Assembly: GCA_965218785.1 (NCBI GenBank)
Contig: OZ244650.1
Span: forward strand, 1,856,001 to 1,920,000
Origin: Nitrosopumilus sp.
GTDB taxonomy: Archaea; Thermoproteota; Nitrososphaeria; Nitrososphaerales; Nitrosopumilaceae
DNA: 64,000 nucleotides
Direction of reading: 5' to 3'
Part shown: positions 8,334 through 17,917 of the stretch, in pieces
How the letters are laid out: every line of letters starts with the position of its first letter
Numbering within the stretch: the first letter of the stretch is position 1
Translations under genes and position numbers: made by a program
The notes under the pieces: model-generated
Database searches by the model: none
Told to the model about the DNA's origin: nothing
Seen by the model: the letters and a program-made list of their open reading frames with translations, nothing else

Positions 8334-10115
8334 CTACGATTGAATCCTTATGATTCCTTCCTCGATTAAAAATTGAATTCCTTGAATGAATGAATCATCA
8401 TCAAGTGTACCGTCTGCCCACCAGCCTGCATTGTTTTTGAGCCATGGTGGGATCTGAGTTGAACCGGCGGTGGTGCTGCTACTACTTGCACCTTGTGTGG
8501 TTGAAGGAATCTTTAGAATATCCTCCTCGATTAAAAATTGAATTCCTTGAATGAATGAATCATCATCAAGTGTACCGTCTGCCCACCAGCCTGCATTGTT
8601 TTTGAGCCATGGTGGGATCTGAGTTGATGGCTGGATTTGGGGCTCAACCGGCGTATTTTTTTGAAGACTGGGTTCAATCACAGTCGATGTATTTTTTTGA
8701 AGACTGGGTCCAATCTCGATAATTCCAGAACCTATTCCAGCATATTTTGGATTGTAATCCAGTCCCGTACCATATACTAGAACGTCAATTCTATATTGTC
8801 CATTAGATGGGATTTGAATTTTTTGAATGTCGATTCCTTCCGTAGAGATAATTCCGAGATTTTGAGGATCGTCTCCGATAAATCTTTCTAGTTCTTGATC
8901 ATTTTCATCGAAAAGTAAGATGCCATATCTGATATCGTTTATGAGATCTCTATTTTCATCAAAGAATGCTATATCAAAAGGTATGTCATCGCCTGCACCA
9001 TAATTTCCATCCCATGAAATCTTTACAGTTGTTGGGACTTTTTGATCATAGTTTGTGGGATCAACAAGCCAGAATTCAGTCGAGGTCTTTGATACCTCAT
9101 CAAGTGGAACCAGTCTCAAGTCCATCTGTCTGTTGTCATAGTTGTCAGGACCCAGAGTTTCGTTTATTCTCTGTAATTCATTTTTTGTAACTAGAAAGTG
9201 CACTATATTGAGATCATCATATGAGTAAGGATCATTTAGTAATGCTCTTTGTGTGATTTCTATACCGTTGACATATCCCTTGAATTGTTTGCCATCAGCG
9301 TAAGGCGTGAATGTTTTTGGAATTTGAACTTCTTCATGTACTAATTGTACCGTATCAATATAGTCAGGGCTCCAATCAAACGGCATGTCAAACGAGATTG
9401 CATTATTTGATTGATCAAATTTGAAATTATCAACATCATCATAGTATGTTTTTATGGTAACTGGAACTTCCTCGGCATTTGCTGTTTGGAGAAAAAAGTT
9501 TTGTTCTTGTGCAACGCTAATAAAGGTATCATAACTTAATTCTTCAGCAACTATGGTTCTTGGACTGGTGGCACCTAGAATATCAACCTGAATGTTATAC
9601 AGACCGCCCTTTGTAAATATTGGACCGGATATTGACGGTCTTGCGCAAATGTCCAGGTTATCTGCGGTACATGCCTGTCCTTGCACAAACAAAGCACCGG
9701 GTGCACTAACATGCTCAGAACCGCCATAAATTGTACATCTCCAAAGATCGCTTTCATCACATCCAAACTTTGGCTTGATTTGAACATCTAATGTTCCATC
9801 TAAATCATAAAACAGATTTCTAGCTAAAAGTTCACCGTTTTGGAAGACATCGATTTTGTATGTTACTTTGTCAAGATTTAGATCAGTTATCGTGTCAAAG
9901 AAACGTACTTGCATGTTGGCGGAGTTAACATCACCCACAGTAATATCAGAAGGATCCAGTTGTGTACGAACAGTTACGTTCATGTTACCAAATGTTATGG
10001 GTTCTGCTTGATCCCCACCAATTCCATGTCCAAACGCATTTGGGAGGAGGATGGCCGGTACTGAAAAAATACCAATAATGACAATAAATAATGCAATCTT
10101 TTGGTGCAATAACAC
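8334..10115 (-). CDS. Exported HGxG-family protein, paralogue 2, with C-terminal WLKNNAGWW repeats
   Basis: Signal ...PNAFG|HGIGGDQ; [30 protein letters not shown] motifs; Cys-containing insert; two identical C-terminal repeats. Confidence 0.85.
   Translation of the reverse strand: MLLHQKIALFIVIIGIFSVPAILLPNAFGHGIGGDQAEPITFGNMNVTVRTQLDPSDITVGDVNSANMQVRFFDTITDLNLDKVTYKIDVFQNGELLARNLFYDLDGTLDVQIKPKFGCDESDLWRCTIYGGSEHVSAPGALFVQGQACTADNLDICARPSISGPIFTKGGLYNIQVDILGATSPRTIVAEELSYDTFISVAQEQNFFLQTANAEEVPVTIKTYYDDVDNFKFDQSNNAISFDMPFDWSPDYIDTVQLVHEEVQIPKTFTPYADGKQFKGYVNGIEITQRALLNDPYSYDDLNIVHFLVTKNELQRINETLGPDNYDNRQMDLRLVPLDEVSKTSTEFWLVDPTNYDQKVPTTVKISWDGNYGAGDDIPFDIAFFDENRDLINDIRYGILLFDENDQELERFIGDDPQNLGIISTEGIDIQKIQIPSNGQYRIDVLVYGTGLDYNPKYAGIGSGIIEIGPSLQKNTSTVIEPSLQKNTPVEPQIQPSTQIPPWLKNNAGWWADGTLDDDSFIQGIQFLIEEDILKIPSTTQGASSSSTTAGSTQIPPWLKNNAGWWADGTLDDDSFIQGIQFLIEEGIIRIQS
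8359..8627. repeat. Perfect 104-bp intragenic direct repeat (8359-8462 and 8524-8627)
   Basis: tcctcgattaaaaattg...gggatctgagttga is identical in both copies and encodes [35 protein letters not shown]. Confidence 0.95.
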
Positions 10116-10220
10116 AATTATGTTAATTCCATATTTAAAGCTGACATAAAATTCCCATGCGTAAGATTTTTTTAGAAAGCAGAGTACGATTTTTATTTAT
10201 GACATATTGGGAATAATAGT

Positions 10221-11027
10221 ATGAAGTTTTTGTTTGTACTATTACTTGTGCCATTTTTAATAATTCCAGCATATGGCGAATCTCAGACTTTGCCAACTGA
10301 GAAAGGCATCCTGGATGTAAGACTAACTCATGATCCAATTGAACCAGACGTTCAATCCAAAATAAATATTGATTTTATTAATCCCCAAACTCAGAAAATA
10401 CAAGAACATATTGATTATACAATAGCGATTTTCAAAGACGAGAAAGTTGTTTTTGGTCCGATTCCGCTGCGACATACATCAACGGGTACTTTGAAAATTC
10501 CAATCGAGTTTAATCTCGGTAATGGGGTGTATTCCATGGACTTGGGAGTTGAGGGAATTTTATTCCAACCAATTTCAACAGAAACAGTTTCTTTTGATAT
10601 TTCAGTAGGCCAGGCAAATGATACTAACGGACCTGTTGACCCCATACAAAGTGATGATTGTTTGATTGCAACGGCAGCATACGGCACAGAACTGGCACCA
10701 CAAGTTCAATTCCTCAGAGAAATTAGAGATAACACCCTGATGAGTACTGTATCTGGCGCATCATTTATGACGGGATTTAACGCAGCATACTATTCATTTG
10801 CACCAACAGTTGCACAGTGGGAAAGAGATAATCCAACGTTCCAAAAAGTGGTTAAAGCATTTATCACTCCGATGATTTCAACGTTGTCTATTATGGCACT
10901 GGCCGAGGAGGGTTCAGAAGCTGAAGTTATAGGACTTGGAATTTCCGTAATTGCACTAAACTTGGGAATGTATGTTGGAATTCCTGCGTTTGGAATTCTA
11001 AAGTTGTACCAGTTTAGAAAAAACTAG
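10221..11027 (+). CDS. Surface protein with an Ig-like domain and a CFI-box-CTERM anchor
   Basis: Signal peptide; CLIATAAYGTELAPQVQFLREIRDN...FN..YYSF.P; C-terminal TM plus basic tail. Confidence 0.85.
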   Translation: MKFLFVLLLVPFLIIPAYGESQTLPTEKGILDVRLTHDPIEPDVQSKINIDFINPQTQKIQEHIDYTIAIFKDEKVVFGPIPLRHTSTGTLKIPIEFNLGNGVYSMDLGVEGILFQPISTETVSFDISVGQANDTNGPVDPIQSDDCLIATAAYGTELAPQVQFLREIRDNTLMSTVSGASFMTGFNAAYYSFAPTVAQWERDNPTFQKVVKAFITPMISTLSIMALAEEGSEAEVIGLGISVIALNLGMYVGIPAFGILKLYQFRKN

Positions 11028-12050
11028 TTCTGGAATTACTAGTGAGGTTTTTATGTATCCTCACAAGTAATTTGTTTAATGAATATACTGGCTTGCTCTT
11101 TCTTCGTAGTATTTGCCATCATATCTGGAATAGTTGCAACAACGCCAGCTGCCTTTGCAGATCATACAGAAGTTACAGTTGAACCGATTGCAGATTCTTC
11201 GGAACTAGGCTCATGTGGAGGAGACACCGGAGTAGAATGTTTGGTTCCAGATACTGCGACAGTCGATGTTGGTGGAAAGGTAATTTTCTCAAATACGAGT
11301 CCTGCAAAACACGCATTCGTATCTGGTTCAATTACAGATGATACGGTGGGTCTTGTATTCAAAACTGGATTGTTAAAGAGTGGCGAATCATATTCATGGA
11401 CTGCAGACACTGTTGGTGAGCATCCATACTTTTGTTATCTTCATCCCTGGGAAGATGGTACGATTATAGTACAAGAAAAAGAGGAGAAAATGCAAGATGA
11501 TGTTGTTGATGATGATGCTGTCAACGGATGTCTAATTGCAACTGCTACATATGGCTCAGAACTTGCACCACAAGTCCAACAATTAAGGGAACTCAGAGAT
11601 AATACTATTTTGTCAACAGAATCTGGAACCTCGTTTATGACGGGATTTAACCAGTTCTACTATTCATTTTCTCCGGCAGTGGCTGACTTGGAAAGAGAAT
11701 CACCTGTTTTTAAACAAGTTGTAAAACTAGCACTAACTCCAATGTTATCATCACTGTCTTTACTGAATCACATCGAGATTGATTCAGAAGAGGAGATGTT
11801 AGGATACGGAATCTCCCTAATTCTGTTAAATATTGGAATGTATATTGGGATTCCTGTGTTTGGAATTCTAAAGTTGTACCAGTTTAGAAGAAACTAGTTC
11901 TAAAGTTACTAGTGAGGTTTTTATGGATCCCCACAGGTAATTTGTCTAATGAAGACTCAAGCAATATGCTCTTTCTTCGTACTATTTGCTATCGTAGCTG
12001 GAATAGTTGCAACAACACCAGCTGCCTTTGCAGATCATTCAGAAGTTACA
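10965..12050. repeat. ~215-bp near-identical direct repeat (10965-11177 and 11835-12050) spanning a gene end, intergenic promoter and next signal peptide
   Basis: Both copies read ...tttggaattctaaagttgtaccagtttagaa(a/g)aaactagttct...ttactagtgaggtttttatg...gcctttgcagatcat.cagaagttaca, offset ~870 bp. Confidence 0.92.
11079..11897 (+). CDS. Cupredoxin (plastocyanin/azurin-like) with a CFI-box-CTERM anchor; axial ligand position is Glu
   Basis: KHAF and YFCYLHPWEDG; CLIATATYGSELAPQVQQLRELRDN anchor domain. Confidence 0.88.
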   Translation: MNILACSFFVVFAIISGIVATTPAAFADHTEVTVEPIADSSELGSCGGDTGVECLVPDTATVDVGGKVIFSNTSPAKHAFVSGSITDDTVGLVFKTGLLKSGESYSWTADTVGEHPYFCYLHPWEDGTIIVQEKEEKMQDDVVDDDAVNGCLIATATYGSELAPQVQQLRELRDNTILSTESGTSFMTGFNQFYYSFSPAVADLERESPVFKQVVKLALTPMLSSLSLLNHIEIDSEEEMLGYGISLILLNIGMYIGIPVFGILKLYQFRRN

Positions 12051-12848
12051 ATCACGACAGGACCAGTGCCACTGGGTTATCCTCTATGTGAGGAAACAAA
12101 CGAGTGCTATACCCCAGGTAATGCAACAGTTGATGTCGGTGGGAAAGTAATAATGACAAACATCGATGCTACCAAACAACTACATACATTCTCATCCGGT
12201 ACTGTTGAGGGTTATACTGGCACTCTAGATGGCAAATTTGATTCTGGCCTACTAACTGAAGATCAGTCATTTGAATGGATAGCAGGTGCAGAAGGTGAAT
12301 ATCCTTACTACTGTACGATACATACTTGGATGCAGGGAATGATCATAGTACAAGAAGCAGAAGCTCAAGAACAACAACAAGCCGTAAGCGGAGGTATGGT
12401 TGATGATAATCCTGATCTAATGATGGATGAGAACCCAAGCGCAACTGGCATGTTATCAGATGGTACGATGGTTTCAATTTGGACCACTAAACCAACAGCA
12501 GGAGAAGTAATGGAAATTTCCATCGAATTCGCAAATGCAGAACATGTTAATCATGACATTAGGGTAACACAAAATGGCAATGAAGTAATGTATGACACAG
12601 ATGCACACAACCACGATGGTAATGGCAAACACACAACAGGACCACTTGGTTCCTCTGATCCAGTAGATGTCACTGTTACCTTCCAAGGTTATGGCGTCAA
12701 TGATCCTAAAACAGGACCGATTGGCGAACAGGTTGCATTCACAAACGTTGTCCCAGAATTTGGTACAATCGCAATGATGATACTAGCTGTTGCAATCATT
12801 AGCACCATAGCAATAACTGCAAAATCCAGAGTTATTCCAAGACTTTAG
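11949..12848 (+). CDS. Blue (type 1) copper protein with a His-rich Ig-like domain and a PEFG-CTERM sorting signal
   Basis: LHTF and YYCTIHTWMQG (H, C, H, M ligands); EHVNHD...AHNHDG; VVPEFGTIA-TM-basic tail. Confidence 0.9.
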   Translation: MKTQAICSFFVLFAIVAGIVATTPAAFADHSEVTITTGPVPLGYPLCEETNECYTPGNATVDVGGKVIMTNIDATKQLHTFSSGTVEGYTGTLDGKFDSGLLTEDQSFEWIAGAEGEYPYYCTIHTWMQGMIIVQEAEAQEQQQAVSGGMVDDNPDLMMDENPSATGMLSDGTMVSIWTTKPTAGEVMEISIEFANAEHVNHDIRVTQNGNEVMYDTDAHNHDGNGKHTTGPLGSSDPVDVTVTFQGYGVNDPKTGPIGEQVAFTNVVPEFGTIAMMILAVAIISTIAITAKSRVIPRL

Positions 12849-12861
12849 GAATTCCTCTTTT

Positions 12862-13503
12862 CTATTTTCTTTTTATTAGAGAAATTATTGCCAAGATAAT
12901 AGCTGCTGCGGCAATTGATAATCCAAATATTGCATAGTCATAAGCAGCCCCACCATTTGAAACAGGAGAAGCCGTCTCACCCGAAGTTAGTTTAGAAACA
13001 TCTTGTTGTAGTGATGAAATAGCATTCTTTAGAGCAGATATGTCTGCAGTTCCATCATTGCTGCCCGGTGGAAAATCCAATACTGCAGTAGGCTCTACAT
13101 CTTCTACAGGTATTTTTATATCAATTGGCGTACCTTCAAGCTGGCCTTTTAGTTCTATCATGTATGTCCCAGTCTTGGTAGGAATTATCGGCGAAAAATA
13201 GTATCCAGGTCGGGGATCTGAATTTATATCAATTTTTTTAGTCGCACCGCCAAATATTATGACTGCTTCAACATCTTTGAAGACGCCGGTAATGCCCGTG
13301 TATGTGCCCTCAGTTTCCCCACGTTCGACGACCTTGAGAGCAATATCATTTCGTATTCCCACAACAGGCGGTTCAATTCCCCATCCCGCCTCAATATCAT
13401 ACTGTTCAACATGGACTGTTGTATGGGCAAATGATGGTGCGATCATACCTACTGAAAATAATAGGACAATAAAGCCGAAAACTGTTATCTTCACTGCTAT
13501 CAT
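12862..13503 (-). CDS. Membrane-anchored exported protein with predicted mature His1
   Basis: Signal ...PSFA|HTTVHVEQYDIEAGWGIEPP; coiled coil, TM and KRK tail; divergent from copCD. Confidence 0.8.
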   Translation of the reverse strand: MIAVKITVFGFIVLLFSVGMIAPSFAHTTVHVEQYDIEAGWGIEPPVVGIRNDIALKVVERGETEGTYTGITGVFKDVEAVIIFGGATKKIDINSDPRPGYYFSPIIPTKTGTYMIELKGQLEGTPIDIKIPVEDVEPTAVLDFPPGSNDGTADISALKNAISSLQQDVSKLTSGETASPVSNGGAAYDYAIFGLSIAAAAIILAIISLIKRK

Positions 13504-13597
13504 TTCATTATAACACGTTATTATCTTTACGTGGATTGGTACAAAGCCCGAATTCATGAAGACTGTTTAAATTATCTTAGAATGATCTGAAGATTAA

Positions 13598-16384
13598 ATG
13601 CAGAAGAGTCTGATGGTGTTATTTATAATATCATTCATATCAGTTCCATTTGCGGCAGCACACCCCTATACAGAGGAGACCATTCCCAGTTTGACGTCTA
13701 ATTCACCTGCCGGGACTACAAAAGTAATTGTGTTTTTTTCAGAAGCCGTTGATATAGACTTTAGCAAAATCAATGTGTTTGATGCTAGTGGAAATCAAAT
13801 TGACAACAAGGATACCAGTTACTATGAGGGGGAACTATCCCTTATCGTTACAACCCCCCCGCTAGAGGACGGAATTTATACGGCATCAATCAAGGTTCTC
13901 TCCAAGGTTGACGGACACCTTGTTCCAGACGCATTCCTGTTTGCAGTAGGGGACGTTGTAATTCATCCTTCATTGTTTGAAATAGAAAGATCATCCGAAC
14001 TCGTGTTTTTGCCTGAAGCAGGGGCCAGATTTCCGGGACTTGTCGGTCAGACAATTCTCCTAGGTGCGGTAATTGCATCGCTTATAATTTGGGGGACGCA
14101 AAACAAACAGCTAATCAGGGAGGAATTAGACAAGATAGAAAGCTTCCATCACGGAAAATTCATGTCAGTTACAGGAGTAGGACTGATGCTGGTATTCATT
14201 TCAGATATTCTAATGATTGCAGTCCAGACAATCAGGTTGGAGACCTCGCCGATTGAGGCAGTTCAAACCCATTTCGGTACGATTTGGCTTGCAAGAATGA
14301 TCATTACAATAATTTTGCTTGGAATCTGGTTTGGAATGGACAGAAAAAAACTACTATCAAGGAAAAATCAAATTCCAATGCTGGTATTATCACTGGTATT
14401 AATTGCAACTACAAGCATGATCGGACACGGCGCAGCAAGCGAACAAGTTCCCGCACTGGCATTGGATTACATACATAATTTGGTTGCAGCAGTCTGGATA
14501 GGTGGCATCTTTTATTTTGTTTTTACACTGCTTCCAACATTCTCCCAGCTAAAAGAGGCAAATCGGGAAAAGATGAGTCTGGTGTCAATTCCAAGATTCT
14601 CAATAGCATTTACCATCTCAGTGGGAATCGTAATAATTACAGGACCAACCCTGATGTGGTTTCTGGAGAGTGACGTGGAACTAATTACACAGTCAGTATA
14701 TGGGCAGTTAATTATTCTTAAAATTGCAATTGCGGCAGCCATGGTTGCGTTGGGGGGGTTTTTCCAGTTCAAAGTTCAGAAAAACGCCGAAAAGTGTTTT
14801 TCATCCGGAAAAATTTCGGTTCATAAAAAACTAAAGCGGTCCCTCAGAGTGGATGCGGCGCTGGGAATTGTTCTTCTTGGTATAGTGGCATTACTTACAA
14901 ATGGAACGCTGCCGGCAGGTGAAATTCAAAAGGTTGATGCCCAGGAGACAGTTTATGGTTTTAAGACTGTAGAATTTACAGAAAATATAAAATTTGACAT
15001 AGATATTTCGCCGTTTTCTAGTGGAACAAACACAATCCTAGTCAAGGTGGGCAACTTTGAAGGGGGTCCTCTCTACGACTCGGACCGGATTAAAGTAAAG
15101 ATGTCAAATCCCTCAAAAAACATTTCACCCATTGAAGTTCCAATGGAAGTAGTCGTGCAAAAGGAAGAAGAAAAGCCAGTTGAATTCCGGGGTGAATTAA
15201 CATTTGGATTTTCAGGGGAATGGCTGGTAGAAATTGAAGCCCAGAGAACAGAGAATGCAAATGAATCAAAGATTCTAAACCTGCTTGTAAAACCAAGATT
15301 AAATGACATTCAGACCCAGATTACAGAGTACGAATTCCCAGAAAAGGCAAAACCTCTTTTTCCAATATATGATGGAGTAGGTTCCATTTGGACAAGTGAT
15401 GCATCTGCACCACGGTTATGGCAGTTTTCACTAGAAACGCAGGAATTTACTTCATATTCGTTTGACGGGACTGCCACATTATTTCTAACACAGGACAATA
15501 AAGGACGCATCTGGTTTACTGACACCGGGAAAAATCAAATCGGATTTATCGATATTGAAAGTAAGGAAATTACATTAAAAACAATTCCAAAATTTGATCC
15601 GATGACAAGTGAAAATGTTCCAATATTTATTCAGGCAGACGATGATGGAAATATCTGGGTTACAATAACCAACAAAAATAGAATTGTAAAATATCTTCCG
15701 GAACTCGACGAGTTTGAGGAATTTGTATTGCAGGATAAGGAATCAGTGCCGTTTGCATTAGCCATTGACGGGGAGGGCAGGATTTGGTATACAGCTACTG
15801 GCACAGGCAAGATAGGATTCATTGATCCCCGGGAAAACAAGATAACAGAGATTTTGAGTGAAACCATTCTAAAGAGTCCTGAAGCCCTGCTTTTTGATGA
15901 TGATGGGAATTTATGGATTGCAGAACACGCCGGCCTGGCAATTACCAGATACAACCCGGTTTTGGAGATATTTGAGAGAATTTTCGTGCCTGATAATGCC
16001 GCATTGCCGTTTGGAATGACATTTGACAGGTATGGAAATATCTGGTTTGCACAGCATGAGGTAGATAATCTCGGAGTTTATGATCCGGATAATAACAGCC
16101 TGATTGAAGTGCCAATTCCATCTGAAGCATCAAAGATTCAGTTTGTGACATCAGATGGTGATGACAATGTTTGGTTCGTCGAACAAAATACAAACAAAAT
16201 CGGAACGGTAAGGATGACGGAGATCCCCGTCAATACTTTGCAGATTCAGCCCTCAAATGACCATAAGATAAAATACACCGAGCTTGCCTCACCGCTTATC
16301 GCATTAGGAATCATCTTCACATCGTTGTTTTATGTCAAAAGCATACATGACAAAAGAAGATTAAACTCGCTGATTAATTCTTAG
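13598..16384 (+). CDS. copCD: CopC-CopD fusion with a YtkA-like Ig domain and a Vgb-lyase-like beta-propeller (copper uptake)
   Basis: AAA|HPY His1 and SKVDGH (CopC); multi-TM region with GHGAA...IHNLVAAVWIGG (CopD); repeated DxxGxIWF propeller blades; C-terminal TM. Confidence 0.88.
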   Translation: MQKSLMVLFIISFISVPFAAAHPYTEETIPSLTSNSPAGTTKVIVFFSEAVDIDFSKINVFDASGNQIDNKDTSYYEGELSLIVTTPPLEDGIYTASIKVLSKVDGHLVPDAFLFAVGDVVIHPSLFEIERSSELVFLPEAGARFPGLVGQTILLGAVIASLIIWGTQNKQLIREELDKIESFHHGKFMSVTGVGLMLVFISDILMIAVQTIRLETSPIEAVQTHFGTIWLARMIITIILLGIWFGMDRKKLLSRKNQIPMLVLSLVLIATTSMIGHGAASEQVPALALDYIHNLVAAVWIGGIFYFVFTLLPTFSQLKEANREKMSLVSIPRFSIAFTISVGIVIITGPTLMWFLESDVELITQSVYGQLIILKIAIAAAMVALGGFFQFKVQKNAEKCFSSGKISVHKKLKRSLRVDAALGIVLLGIVALLTNGTLPAGEIQKVDAQETVYGFKTVEFTENIKFDIDISPFSSGTNTILVKVGNFEGGPLYDSDRIKVKMSNPSKNISPIEVPMEVVVQKEEEKPVEFRGELTFGFSGEWLVEIEAQRTENANESKILNLLVKPRLNDIQTQITEYEFPEKAKPLFPIYDGVGSIWTSDASAPRLWQFSLETQEFTSYSFDGTATLFLTQDNKGRIWFTDTGKNQIGFIDIESKEITLKTIPKFDPMTSENVPIFIQADDDGNIWVTITNKNRIVKYLPELDEFEEFVLQDKESVPFALAIDGEGRIWYTATGTGKIGFIDPRENKITEILSETILKSPEALLFDDDGNLWIAEHAGLAITRYNPVLEIFERIFVPDNAALPFGMTFDRYGNIWFAQHEVDNLGVYDPDNNSLIEVPIPSEASKIQFVTSDGDDNVWFVEQNTNKIGTVRMTEIPVNTLQIQPSNDHKIKYTELASPLIALGIIFTSLFYVKSIHDKRRLNSLINS

Positions 16385-17192
16385 ATAGCAGTCCGGCGGA
16401 TTTTATTCCCATTGTTCCTGCAAGTAATCCAATTGACAGTAAAACAATGGTTCCCGCAGGAGTTATGTCAAATACGTAGGAGATCAGAATTCCTGCGACG
16501 ACAGAAAAGACAGAAAAGCTCATGGAGATAATTACAGTATGTTTGAAACCCTTTCCATACATTATTGCCGAGACGTTGGGAATCACAAACAGTGCTGAAA
16601 TCAACAAAACACCGACAAGCTGGATTGAAGTAACAACGGTAAGCCCTGCCATAAACACGATCAAGTAATTTATTTTCTCCACTGGAATTCCACTGACTTT
16701 GGCCTGTTCCTCGTTGAATGTTGAATATAGAATCTGTCTAAACAGCAGTAAAATTACAATTAGGATTGCACCTGTCAATGATAGAATCATGACCGTATCA
16801 TCTGCGCTGACAAGAAGAATACTTCCAAACAGAAAGCTAAAGATATCAATTGTAAAACCGCCGGATAATCCAATAACTACAAGCCCAACGGCTATGCCTG
16901 ATGATAAAAGAACCGCAATTGCAGCATCACCAGATATGTTGAATCTGTCCTTAATTCTTGTAATTATTAACGCACTGATTATTGAAACGGCATACGCAGT
17001 CCACAGTGGATAAACACCGATAAGCAGACCCAACGCGATGCCGCCAAATGATGAATGGGCAATCGCATCACCAAATAATGAATAGCGCCTCAAAACCAGG
17101 AACAACCCGACGACTGAGCAGAGAATCGCAATGGCAGCCCCGGAGATTAATGCCCGATGCATAAAGCTGTAACTTAGGATTTCCAAGGACAT
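16374..17192 (-). CDS. znuB: Zn/Mn-type metal ABC transporter permease
   Basis: LFGDAIAHSSFGG, FLFGSIL, VGVLLISALFVIP motifs. Confidence 0.92.
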   Translation of the reverse strand: MSLEILSYSFMHRALISGAAIAILCSVVGLFLVLRRYSLFGDAIAHSSFGGIALGLLIGVYPLWTAYAVSIISALIITRIKDRFNISGDAAIAVLLSSGIAVGLVVIGLSGGFTIDIFSFLFGSILLVSADDTVMILSLTGAILIVILLLFRQILYSTFNEEQAKVSGIPVEKINYLIVFMAGLTVVTSIQLVGVLLISALFVIPNVSAIMYGKGFKHTVIISMSFSVFSVVAGILISYVFDITPAGTIVLLSIGLLAGTMGIKSAGLLSKN

Positions 17193-17194
17193 GA

Positions 17195-17917
17195 TTAATG
17201 ATGATGCATGTGTTCCTGCATTGATGCCTCTGAGTATTGTTTAACAAGTTCATCATTAGAGAAGAATTTTTCTGATTTGCCGTGGAAAAACAGTGTTCGA
17301 TTCAGACATGCAACATGATCAGCTAGCTGATTTACCGCATCTAGATCATGTGAAGACCAGATGATTGTAATTTTTTGTCTAGAGTTTAGTTCGCGAAGGA
17401 TACTGTAGAACAGCTCTATGCTTTGTTGATCAATTCCTGTGACAGGCTCATCAAGAATCAGAATTTTTGGATTGTTGACCAGGGCTTTGGCAATAAAGAC
17501 CCGCTGCAGCTGTCCTCCGGATAACTCGCCGATTCTTCTGTGACCCAGCTCATGAATCCACAGCTGCTGCAGAATTTCATCAATCTTATCTTCATCAGAC
17601 TCTTTTCTCAGACCCATTCTCACAACATCAAGAACAGTTACGGGAAAATTCTTCTCAAAAACCGGTTTTTGTGGCACGTATCCAATCTCCTTGAGATAAT
17701 CCGTGGATTTCCTGATATCTTTGCCAAAAAATTTGACTGTACCCTTGTATTTTGTGTTAAGATTCAGCATTGCATCAAATAGTGTGGATTTGCCTGCCCC
17801 ATTAGGTCCAATTATGCCCAGAAAATCCCCCTGATTTACTACAAAGCTCACGGCATCCAGTGCCTTGACATCCGGATACTGAACTGTGAGATTGTCAATT
17901 TCAACTATTTTCAACAT
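17195..17917 (-). CDS. znuC: Metal ABC transporter ATPase
   Basis: GPNGAGKST, LSGGQLQR, LDEP, SHDL; HMHHH tail. Confidence 0.92.
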   Translation of the reverse strand: MLKIVEIDNLTVQYPDVKALDAVSFVVNQGDFLGIIGPNGAGKSTLFDAMLNLNTKYKGTVKFFGKDIRKSTDYLKEIGYVPQKPVFEKNFPVTVLDVVRMGLRKESDEDKIDEILQQLWIHELGHRRIGELSGGQLQRVFIAKALVNNPKILILDEPVTGIDQQSIELFYSILRELNSRQKITIIWSSHDLDAVNQLADHVACLNRTLFFHGKSEKFFSNDELVKQYSEASMQEHMHHH

